DNA from: an uncultured Acidobacteriota bacterium
Lineage (GTDB): Bacteria > Actinomycetota > Acidimicrobiia > Spongiisociales > ZC4RG35
NCBI GenBank assembly: GCA_963720925.1
Contig: CAVRHE010000007.1
Coordinates: 976,603 to 1,040,602 of the forward strand
Length of the DNA stretch: 64,000 bases
Direction: 5' to 3'
The notes below the pieces were generated by a model. It saw nothing but the letters and a program-made list of their open reading frames with translations. It had not been told where the DNA came from and ran no database searches. Each line of letters starts with the position of its first letter. Position 1 is the stretch's first letter. Positions 56,599 through 64,000 of this stretch are shown here, in pieces. Position numbers and translations under genes: made by a program.

Positions 56599-56672
56599 TG
56601 GGCGTTGAGGGACTCGAACCCCCGACTCCTGGCTTGTAAAGCCAGTGCTCTAACCAACTGAGCTAAACGCCC
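56599..56672 (-). tRNA. tRNA-Val (anticodon TAC)
   Basis: Minus strand folds as a cloverleaf: GGGCGTT-TA-GCTC-AGTTGGTT-AGAGC-A-CTGGC-TTTACAA-GCCAG-GAGTC-GGGGG-TTCGAGT-CCCTC-AACGCCC-A. No encoded CCA. Confidence 0.92.
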
Positions 56673-56833
56673 CCGACCTGGCCCCCGCGGAAACGGGGGC
56701 GGGACCGGAAAAATTCTACGCGAAGAATGAGTCGGTCAGCCCATTCAACATTCTGGGGATAAGTGCCGATATCAGTATCGACAATCCCAAAGAGTGACCA
56801 GGGGTCTTCCTACCCTGGCTGGAGGCCGACGCA

Positions 56834-57766
56834 ATGGGTAGAAGCAGCTCCATCGAACGTGAAGTAAGTGACGAGGCGATCCGCCAATACCTGGACGGGA
56901 TCGGCTTGTTCAACCTGCTCACGGCCGAGGACGAAGTTCGGCTGGCCAAGGCCATAGAGACCGGGCGCAAGGCCGATTTGGCACTGGAGTCCGAGAAGGA
57001 CCAGGCCAAGCGGCGCCAGCTGGCACAGATGGTCCGTGCCGGCGAGGAAGCCCGCCAGACCTTCATCCGCTCCAATCTCCGCCTCGTCGTTTCGATCGCG
57101 AAGCGGTACGGGCACGCCCGTCTCCCCTTTCTCGATCTGGTCCAGGAAGGCAATCTCGGCCTGATTCGGGCGGTCGAGAAGTTCGAGTATCGCAAAGGCT
57201 TCAAGTTCTCCACCTATGCGACCTGGTGGATCCGGCAGGCGATCACCCGTGCCATCGCCGACAAGAGCCGCACCATCCGGGTCCCGGTCCACATGATGGA
57301 CACCATCACCCAGATGCAGACCTCCGAGGCCAACCTGACCAAGCGGCTCGGCCGCAAGCCGACCGACGACGAGCTGTCCGAGGAGTCGGGTCTGACAGTC
57401 GACAAGATCCGTGAGGCGAGAAAGGTCGCCCCCGAGCCCGTTTCGATATTCGAGCCGGTCGGTGACGACAACGCCATGCTCGGTGATTTCATCGAGGACC
57501 TCGAGGCCGCCGCTCCCTTCGAGCTGATCGCCTCCAAGCTCAACATCGAGAATCTCCATTTCGTCCTTGAGCGTCTCACAGAGCGTGAGCGCACCATCAT
57601 CGAGATGCGCTATGGCTTGGGAAATCAAGAACCAGCCACCCTCGACGAGGTGGGACGGCATTTCAACGTGACCCGGGAGCGCATTCGTCAGATCGAGGCC
57701 AAGGCACTGGCCAAGATGCGTCATCCGTCCACTCCCGGAGGTCTCCGGGAGCTGGCGGTCTCCTGA
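56834..57766 (+). CDS. RpoD-family (group 1/2) sigma-70 factor
   Basis: 310 aa. Region 2 reads [45 protein letters not shown]. Region 4.2 reads [28 protein letters not shown]. Confidence 0.9.
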   Translation: MGRSSSIEREVSDEAIRQYLDGIGLFNLLTAEDEVRLAKAIETGRKADLALESEKDQAKRRQLAQMVRAGEEARQTFIRSNLRLVVSIAKRYGHARLPFLDLVQEGNLGLIRAVEKFEYRKGFKFSTYATWWIRQAITRAIADKSRTIRVPVHMMDTITQMQTSEANLTKRLGRKPTDDELSEESGLTVDKIREARKVAPEPVSIFEPVGDDNAMLGDFIEDLEAAAPFELIASKLNIENLHFVLERLTERERTIIEMRYGLGNQEPATLDEVGRHFNVTRERIRQIEAKALAKMRHPSTPGGLRELAVS

Positions 57767-57779
57767 TCTCAGACTGATC

Positions 57780-58094
57780 TCAGGCCGACTTCACCTGCTC
57801 CCAGAGCTCACCGGGGTCTGCCTCGATGGGCAAGCCCGCCTCGGATCGAGGGGGACGACCCCGCGTCCGACGCCGGTGGTAAGGCTGGCCATCCCAGAAG
57901 ATGACACCGCCCCAGACCCCCCATTCGTGACCGTCACGGAGGGCGACCTCGAGGCATTGGACCCGGACGGGGCAGGTCCCGCAGATCCGCTGTGCCGCAG
58001 CCAGCTCCGCGGGTTTCTCCGAGAAGAACAGCTCATGGCTGCCCTCGCTACTACATCGTCCGAGCTCTTGCAGTTGTCGTAGATGGGTTTTCAC
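57780..58094 (-). CDS. whiB7: WhiB7/WblC-type WhiB-family regulator with C-terminal AT-hook
   Basis: Four Cys (C...CGTCPVRVQC), HEWGVWGG turn and AT-hook RRRTRGRPPR. GTG 58094 is preceded by AAGGA. Aligns by eye with M. tuberculosis WhiB7 as I recall it. Confidence 0.85.
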   Translation of the reverse strand: MKTHLRQLQELGRCSSEGSHELFFSEKPAELAAAQRICGTCPVRVQCLEVALRDGHEWGVWGGVIFWDGQPYHRRRTRGRPPRSEAGLPIEADPGELWEQVKSA

Positions 58095-58125
58095 TAGTCG
58101 AGTCCTTTTGTCGTGTCGTGGACGG

Positions 58126-58154
58126 AAAACAAAAACCGCCGGGATCTCCGGCGG
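58126..58154 (-). terminator. Intrinsic terminator (attenuator) inside the whiB7 leader
   Basis: Minus strand reads CCGCCGG-AGATC-CCGGCGG followed by TTTTTGTTTT, 31 nt upstream of the whiB7 start. Confidence 0.8.
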
Positions 58155-58184
58155 CCTCACAACAGACAGTTGCTGGATGTCACA

Positions 58185-58307
58185 TCATGTGACGAGAGGC
58201 CGCCAATTGGCGTTCGGCACGTCGTCGCCGGCAGCGGGAACGGGCGCGTCGAAAAGCCCTGGGGTTCCGTTGGGGATCATCATCCGCTGCTTCATTTGCT
58301 GCCTCAT
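58185..58307 (-). CDS. whiB7 leader peptide uORF (40 codons)
   Basis: MRQQMKQRMMIPNGTPGLFDAPVPAAGDDVPNANWRPLVT. ATG 58307 is preceded by GAGAGA. The stop lies 30 nt upstream of the terminator stem. Confidence 0.6.
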   Translation of the reverse strand: MRQQMKQRMMIPNGTPGLFDAPVPAAGDDVPNANWRPLVT

Positions 58308-58322
58308 TCTCTCGACGGCTGA

Positions 58323-58360
58323 AGATTGGCGTGCCGCAGCCCATCCGTCAAGGCAATTAA
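58323..58360 (-). promoter_or_regulatory. whiB7 promoter with AT-rich box upstream of -35
   Basis: Minus strand reads TTAATT (58355-58360), 3 nt, TTGACG (58346-58351), 17 nt, CAATCT (58323-58328). Confidence 0.6.
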
Positions 58361-58382
58361 CGCGACCCCGTAGTTTGGTGCC

Positions 58383-58985
58383 GTGACCGACGCCCTCGAT
58401 CTCTGGGATTACAGACGGCAGGTCAATGAGATGTACCGCTGGGTGCGGCAGGGTGGTGCCGGACAAGAGACCTGGACCGAGTGGATTGCCGCCCGAGATG
58501 CGCTCTTCGCCAATCACCCGCAATCTCCCATCGAGGACCGGGAAACCTTCGCCGGGCTCCCCTACTTCGATCACGACCCGAACTGGCGAACCACCGGACG
58601 TTTCACACCGGTCGCCGACCAGGAAGCGATCCTCGAACACTCCGGGGAAGGCTCGACACGATTCCTCATCATCGGGACCGTGACGTTCGAGTTGGCGGGT
58701 CGAGACTGCCGACTCGATGTGCTGTGGCTCGACGCCTACGGTGGAGGGATCTTCCTGCCGTTTCGCGACGCCACCAACGGCGACTCCACCTATGGCGGAG
58801 GGCGCTATCTCCTCGACACGGCGAAGGGCGCAGATCTCGGTCATGAGAGCCACCAGATCATCCTCGACTTCAACTACGCCTATCACCCGTCGTGCGTGCA
58901 CGCTTACCGTTGGTCGTGTCCGCTGGCTCCACCGGCCAACCGCCTCGAGCTCGTCGTGGAGGCCGGCGAGCGCCTGGCGACGTAA
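58383..58985 (+). CDS. DUF1684 family protein
   Basis: 200 aa with LPYFDHDPNWR..., FRDATNG..TYGGGRYL and NYAYHPSCVH...WSCPLAPPANRL. Confidence 0.8.
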   Translation: MTDALDLWDYRRQVNEMYRWVRQGGAGQETWTEWIAARDALFANHPQSPIEDRETFAGLPYFDHDPNWRTTGRFTPVADQEAILEHSGEGSTRFLIIGTVTFELAGRDCRLDVLWLDAYGGGIFLPFRDATNGDSTYGGGRYLLDTAKGADLGHESHQIILDFNYAYHPSCVHAYRWSCPLAPPANRLELVVEAGERLAT

Positions 58986-58994
58986 GGTAGGAAG

Positions 58995-59453
58995 ATGCTC
59001 GGCTTCATCTTCAGGCTGGTCCGTTTTGCCATCGTCGCCCTTCTCGGCGCCGCCCTGACGGCCAAGTTCATCCTCCAATCCCATGCCAACGAGGACACCG
59101 AAGAAATCGATCTCGTGAACATCTTTGGCGGCTCCAAGCTGATCTCGGCGGCCGATCCCTTCTTCGGGGGGAAAGTGACGACGGTGTTCGGTGGCACGCT
59201 GATCGACCTCCGCCGGGTCGTCCCCGCCCCGACCGGGATCTACCTAGACATCCTGGTGGCGTTCGGAGGGCTCAGCCTGGTGGTCCCACCCGGATGGAGA
59301 GTGGTGTTCGATGGGACCGTCACCGCCGGGCGGATCGAAGATCTCACCCGCCCTGTCACCGACCCGGACGCGCCGATCGTGCGCATTGGGGGCGTGGTCG
59401 CCCTCGGTGGAGTGGAGGCGACCACCCGCCCGCTCGTCGAGGCCGTTGCGTAG
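58995..59453 (+). CDS. LiaF-like (DUF2154-type) cell-envelope stress protein
   Basis: 152 aa with an N-terminal TM and a beta-rich C-terminus (IFGGSKL...VFGGTLIDL...AFGGLSLVVPPGW). Confidence 0.6.
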   Translation: MLGFIFRLVRFAIVALLGAALTAKFILQSHANEDTEEIDLVNIFGGSKLISAADPFFGGKVTTVFGGTLIDLRRVVPAPTGIYLDILVAFGGLSLVVPPGWRVVFDGTVTAGRIEDLTRPVTDPDAPIVRIGGVVALGGVEATTRPLVEAVA

Positions 59454-59462
59454 GACGCAGGC

Positions 59463-60098
59463 TCACACGATCCTTCTCTTCGACGCCCATCTCGCCAGCT
59501 CGTGACGGTTGGAAAGCTGGAGCTTTCGCAGCACAGACGAGACATGAGTTTCCACCGTCTTGATCGAGATGTTGAGCTTCCGGGCCACCTGCTTGTAGGC
59601 GAACCCCCTGGCGATCAAACGGAGGACATCCTTCTCCCTCGTGGTGAGCTGGTCGAGCTCGGGATCGTCCTCGGTGGGCATAACACCGGCAAAGGCGTCG
59701 AGAACGAACCCGGCGAGACGTGGCGAGAAGACGGCGTCCCCGGCATCGATCCGACGCACCGCGTCCGCCAGGTCCTCGGGCTCGATGGTCTTGGTCACGT
59801 AACCCCGGGCACCCGCCCTGATCATCCCGATCACGTCTTCGGCCTGATCGGACACCGAGAGAGCGAGAAACTTCACCTCCGGATTCGTCTCCCCCACGCC
59901 CTCGACCACCACGATCCCCCCGCCGTCGGGCATATGGACATCGATCAGGACGACATCGGGCTCGAGTCCCCGGATCTCTTCGATCGCCGTGTCGACGTCG
60001 TAGGCGGAGCCCACGATCGCGAACTCCTCGGAGAGCTCTGCCCTCACCCCGGCCAGAAATAGCCGATGATCGTCGACCAGGTAGACCTTCACCCTCAT
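59463..60098 (-). CDS. LuxR/NarL-family response regulator
   Basis: 211 aa. Receiver domain (VDDHRLF...DVVLIDVHMPDGGG) plus LuxR HTH (LTTREKDVLRLIARGFAYKQVARKLNISIKTVETHV). Confidence 0.9.
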   Translation of the reverse strand: MRVKVYLVDDHRLFLAGVRAELSEEFAIVGSAYDVDTAIEEIRGLEPDVVLIDVHMPDGGGIVVVEGVGETNPEVKFLALSVSDQAEDVIGMIRAGARGYVTKTIEPEDLADAVRRIDAGDAVFSPRLAGFVLDAFAGVMPTEDDPELDQLTTREKDVLRLIARGFAYKQVARKLNISIKTVETHVSSVLRKLQLSNRHELARWASKRRIV

Positions 60099-61306
60099 CC
60101 TGCGGCCACCGGCATCCTGAGCACCACCTCGGTGCCTTCACCCGGCTCGCTCTCGATGCCGGCCGCTCCCCCGGCCCGTTCCACCCGCGCCTTGATCGAC
60201 TCTGCGATGCCACGCCGATCGCCGGCGACACTGGTGGGCTCGAAGCCCTTGCCCTGGTCGGTCACATACACGATGAGCTCATTGTCCTCGGCCTCGAAGT
60301 AGAGGGAGATGCGCTCGGCTCCAGAATGCTTGGCAGCGTTGACCATCGCCTCGTTGGCAGCGCCGAGGAGGGCCCGTGTGTCCTCGTTCAACGGATGGTC
60401 TCCGACGACAACGACATCGATGGGCACCTGATGATCGGCCTCGATCCTCCGAGCAGACGCTCTCAGGGCGGTGGAGAGGAGATCGGAGCCATCCAAGGGC
60501 ACATTCCCGTAGAGCCAGTCTCGTAGCTCGGATTCCTGATGACGAGCCAGCATGGACATCCGGGCCGGGTCGTCGCTGCGCTGGATCAATGCCAGGGTCT
60601 GCAGCACCGAGTCGTGGAGATGGGCCGCCATCTCGGCGCGCTCCTCCTGACGGATGCGCTCTCGCCGCTCGGTGCCGAGATCACTGGCGAGACGGGCGAC
60701 CCACGGCCCGAAAGCCACCAGGATCCCGAACCCGGTCAGCGCTACGGCGAGGACCACCGGCCCGATCCCGGAGATGGGACCGACGCTCGACGCGAACACG
60801 GCAAGCCCCCCGATCAGGAGCGCCACCCCGAACAGCATGCGGAGACGTCCGGGTCGATCGACGCTCGGGTCCACCAGGGCGGCAAGGGGACCCGGCATAT
60901 TCCGATCGGTCAAGGCGGCCGTGCCGAAGGCGAGAGCACCCACGGTGAGGACCAGGGCGTTCGACGGCCACCATCCCAGCGCTCCGAGGAAGAGCATGAC
61001 ACCGCCAAAGGCCAGGCCCAGACCGACCGCCTGGTGCGTGGCCACCGGTTCGGGGTGGGTGTCCTCGACCCGGTCTAGCGCCATGAGCCACAACGCCAGG
61101 TAGACGAGCACCCCGAGCCCCCAGACCATGCTGAGTGTGACGAAGGCCGCGCGCACGAAGGCATCGCTGACTCCAAGGGTGTCGGCCAATCCCCCGGCAA
61201 CGCCGGCCACGATGCGATCGCCGCCACGGCGCCGGAAACGGAGCTGCCCGATTTGAGTCACGATGAAATGATCGCGGCGGCGGGCCTCAACCTCAATAAG
61301 GGACAT
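60095..61306 (-). CDS. PspC-domain sensor histidine kinase (HisKA_3/LiaS-like)
   Basis: N-terminal PspC domain (RIVAGVAGGLADTLGV), TM helices, H-box AAHLHDSVLQTL, and ATPase NAAKHSGA...DQGKGF. Start placed at ATG 61306. Confidence 0.85.
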   Translation of the reverse strand: MSLIEVEARRRDHFIVTQIGQLRFRRRGGDRIVAGVAGGLADTLGVSDAFVRAAFVTLSMVWGLGVLVYLALWLMALDRVEDTHPEPVATHQAVGLGLAFGGVMLFLGALGWWPSNALVLTVGALAFGTAALTDRNMPGPLAALVDPSVDRPGRLRMLFGVALLIGGLAVFASSVGPISGIGPVVLAVALTGFGILVAFGPWVARLASDLGTERRERIRQEERAEMAAHLHDSVLQTLALIQRSDDPARMSMLARHQESELRDWLYGNVPLDGSDLLSTALRASARRIEADHQVPIDVVVVGDHPLNEDTRALLGAANEAMVNAAKHSGAERISLYFEAEDNELIVYVTDQGKGFEPTSVAGDRRGIAESIKARVERAGGAAGIESEPGEGTEVVLRMPVAAG

Positions 61307-61380
61307 CCCCGAGAACCTCGGGGATTTCTCAGGGTCGTCCCCGATTGAAGATCCGGGGCACAAACGGTCGAATCGGGGGA

Positions 61381-62587
61381 ATGGAACAGACCAACACAAC
61401 CAATGTCCCTGAGGCGCCCGTGATCACCCGGGAACTCGTCCGGCCCCGTGAGGGCCGGATCGTTGCCGGAGTCGCCCAGGGGTTCGCCAACCGCTACGAC
61501 CTGCCGGTGCTGCTGATCCGGGTGATCTTCGTCCTGCTCACCTTTGCTGGCGGCCTCGGCGTCGCCCTCTACGCGGCCGGATGGTTTCTCGATCCGCTCG
61601 GATGACGAGGTCGACACGCCGGCCCAACGGATCTTCTCGGGCGCATCGACGACCAGATCCTGGCTCGGCATAGGTCTGGTCTTTCTGGCCATCCTCATCC
61701 TTCTCGACAACTTCACCTTCCTCTCCACCGGCATCGTTTGGTCGGTTGGACTGCTGGTGGTGGGTGTCCTCCTCTACACGGGCGATCTCCCGCGCCTGGT
61801 GAGAAGCGAAGAAGGAAGTAACGAACAGGAGGGAGTTCAACAAATGACAACGACTGAGGCACCTGTGACCGCCACGGTTGAGCCCGTAGCACCATCCGGG
61901 CCCGGCGACGCCGGCGGTGGCACCCCTCCCACGCCTACGCCCACTCCTCCCGTCCTGCCCCCGCCTCCGCCCAAGCCCAAGGAGACCTCCTATCTGGGGC
62001 GTATCACGATCGGCGTCATGCTGGTCAGCCTCGGCGTGCTCGCCATCCTGGACAACATCCCGGGACTCCTCATCGAGCCCCAGCCGCGGCACTACATCGC
62101 GCTAGCGACGGTCGTCATCGGATTGGGTCTCCTCGTCGGTGGCTTCGTGGGCAGGGCCAGGTGGCTGATCCTGATCGGCGCCCTGCTGGTGCCGACGTTG
62201 CTCTTCTCCCCGGTGTTCGAATACGAGTGGAACTCCGAAGAGTTCGAACGAACGGTTTCCCCGGACACCTTCGCCGAGCTCGAGGACAGCTACGCCCTCG
62301 ACGTCGGCAACCTGGTCATCGACCTGACCGATCTGCCGTGGGACGGTGAGACCATCGATCTCGAGGCCCGCGTCGACGCCGGCGACATCGTGATCTGGAT
62401 ACCACCGGGAGTCGGGCTCGAAGGCGAAGCGTCGGTCGACGTCGGCCATGTTGGGGCGTTCGGCCGGGAGTCGGCAGGGCTGGGCGGCCCGACCCTGCAA
62501 TTCGACAACCCGGGACCCCGAGGGACGGTGGTTCTCGATGCGACGGTCGATCTGGGCAACATCGATATCCAGATCGTCGGACGTTGA
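61381..62587 (+). pseudogene. PspC-domain membrane protein with LiaF-like C-terminus; one frame break
   Basis: Frame A reads MEQTNTTN...RIVAGVAQGFANRYDLPVLLIRVIFVLLTF...AAGWFL. Frame B continues IRSDDEVDTPAQRIFSG... through TM helices, a Pro/Thr linker and a beta-rich C-terminus. Junction about 61590. Confidence 0.8.
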
Positions 62588-62607
62588 ACCAGAAAGGAAC
62601 TTGAACC

Positions 62608-62862
62608 ATGAAATCACACAGATTCGACGCCATCTCCTTCATCTCCGGGCTGGTCGTGGCCCTTGTCGGGCTCGTCTTCCTCGTGCCTCAGACCCCGGTC
62701 GACTTGATCGATGCCGTCACCTCCCTCGGAGCCTGGTTCTGGCCGGTTCTCCTCCTCGCTGTCGGTCTTGCGGTCCTGGTCCCGGTGTTCCTCACCCGCT
62801 CGGGCGAGGATGAGGAATCCACCCCAGTGCCCGTCTCGGGTCCGGGAGACGGAATCGGCTAG
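62608..62862 (+). CDS. Small membrane protein (84 aa) of the PspC module
   Basis: Two TM helices. Follows the PspC gene by 20 nt. Confidence 0.5.
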   Translation: MKSHRFDAISFISGLVVALVGLVFLVPQTPVDLIDAVTSLGAWFWPVLLLAVGLAVLVPVFLTRSGEDEESTPVPVSGPGDGIG

Positions 62863-64000
62863 AGGGTCTCTTCGATGAGCCGGGTCTTTAGATCGGCAAG
62901 GCGTCTGGTCACTGATACGTGATATACGTGCGGGTTGACCAGACGCTTCACCCCCGGGTCGAGACGTTCGAGGTCCGACACCCGGCGCTTTCTCGCCTCG
63001 GCCACGACGGCAGGGTCATCGGAGGGTGCCGCGAGGGGTACTCGACTCCAGTAGCTCCTCAGTCGCAGAGACACTCGACTCATCGAGGGTCCGGCCGATC
63101 CCGCTCTCGCGATGATGACGAATCTCGAGTGGGAAAGCAAGGGTCTCGTCGGCCAACGCCATGAGGTCCACGGTGGCGAGCCCACGTTGGTCGTAGAGAC
63201 GATGGACCCGTTTGCGCCCGGGATTCATGATCTTGGCAGGGGTGTCCGACACTTTGATCGCCGGTCGCCATTCGTCCCGGTCGGAGATGGCGACCAGCTT
63301 GTAGACACCGTCGAGGTAGGGCCGGCCGTCTGAGGTTGCCATCTTGGTCCCCACCCCGTAGAGAAGACGACGGATCACACGGTCGGGATCGGCCCCATAG
63401 CGAGGAGCTTCATCTGCGATCTGGGTGAGGATCTGGTAGATGGTCAGCTCGTCGAGACCGCTGGAAAGGACGATGCGAACCTCGTCGAATCCGGCCCTGT
63501 CCAGCATCTGCGACGCCAGAACCGACAAATGAGCGAGGTCACCCGAGTCGAGCCGGATACCGATCGGGCTGTGACCTCTGCCCCTCATCTCCTCGAAGAC
63601 TGTGATCGCATTCGGGATTCCCGACTCCAGAGTGTCGATGGTGTCGACGAGCAGAATGCACTCATCGGGGTACATGTCGGCATAGGCGCGGAATGCCCCC
63701 AGCTCTCCTTCGCCCAACGCCACGAAGACCTGCACCATCGAATGGGCGTGGGTCCCCTGCGGCATTACCCCCATCTCGTGGGAGATTCCGACGTTGGAAG
63801 ATGCGTTCACTCCCCCGATCAAGGCAGCCCTGGTGGCCGCGATGCCTCCCTCATCTGGGGCCCGGCGCAAGCCGAACTCGAGGACGGCACCACCCCTTGT
63901 CGCCTCGACCACCCTCGACGCCTTGGTGGCGACGAGAGTGTGAAAGTTGAGATGATTGAGCAGCGAAGTCTCCAGGATCTGGGCCATGCCGAGCGGTCCT
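62859..64000 (-). pseudogene. pncB: Nicotinate phosphoribosyltransferase (5' end beyond the window) with one frame break
   Basis: [22 protein letters not shown]...GTHAHSMVQ...ELLE in frame [46 protein letters not shown] in frame B. Junction about 63041-63047. The frame stays open to the window edge. Confidence 0.85.

Noticed and set aside
56599-56672. tRNA-Val as an integration site for a genomic island
   Set aside because: There is no integrase or direct repeat of the tRNA 3' end, and no compositional or gene-content shift on either side.
56681-56700. Hairpin GCCCCCG-CGGAAA-CGGGGGC between tRNA-Val and the sigma gene as a terminator
   Set aside because: No U tract follows it on either strand, and there is no upstream convergent transcript it would obviously terminate. 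Its function is unclear.
58308-59084. Upstream 259 codons of the 299-aa minus-strand ORF 58185-59084
   Set aside because: This part is antisense to the DUF1684 gene and crosses the whiB7 promoter. Only the last 40 codons (the uORF) are plausible.
4584-63185. Programmed ribosomal frameshifting as the explanation for the split genes
   Set aside because: I saw no slippery heptamers (X XXY YYZ) or downstream pseudoknots at the junctions. The affected genes are unrelated, and none belongs to a family known to use recoding.
1-64000. CRISPR arrays, IS elements, prophage or defence systems
   Set aside because: No repeat-spacer periodicity, transposase or integrase ORFs, or defence-type domain combinations were seen on either strand. 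The lone HNH gene has no partner genes.

Overview
High-GC, gene-dense core-chromosome segment (about 75 CDS, 2 RNA genes) of an Actinomycetota-type genome, judged from a WhiB-family regulator, an F420-type LLM enzyme, DUF3040 and the dcw-cluster layout. In order: (1) dcw cluster on the minus strand (murE partial, ftsI, ftsL, rsmH, mraZ) with a promoter carrying phased GTGGG MraZ boxes. (2) GNAT, HNH and two hypotheticals. (3) moxR-DUF58-transglutaminase operon. (4) MerR, DUF3040, dinB. (5) fabD-fabH-fabG-acpP-fabF. (6) Threonine aldolase and an aminotransferase. (7) SRPBCC, ArsA/Get3-like ATPase, 62-aa ORF, DUF1232 operon and a metallophosphoesterase. (8) Glycine-betaine-type ABC importer. (9) Nitroreductase, TrmH-like methylase, DEDD-exonuclease/GIY-YIG fusion. 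(10) Complete System I cytochrome c maturation operon ccmABCDEFHG. (11) Hydrolase, aquaporin, GNAT. (12) RNase P RNA followed by about 300 nt of hairpin-rich non-coding sequence. (13) otsA-otsB, SRAP, amino-acid permease, lipoproteins, F420/LLM oxidoreductase, proline-racemase-family enzyme. (14) tRNA-Val, an RpoD-family sigma factor, and a WhiB7-type gene with a full attenuator leader. (15) A PspC/LiaF/histidine-kinase/LuxR envelope-stress module and pncB (partial). I saw no transposase, integrase, CRISPR array or recognisable defence island, so this looks like ordinary core chromosome. The points most worth a second look are the unclassified structured RNA candidate next to rnpB, the mechanistically complete whiB7 leader, System I ccm in an actinobacterial context, and 11 reading-frame breaks in 10 otherwise intact conserved genes, including fabD. 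The frame breaks most likely reflect consensus errors, not decay. All calls come from reading the sequence and recalling family motifs; no database search was run.
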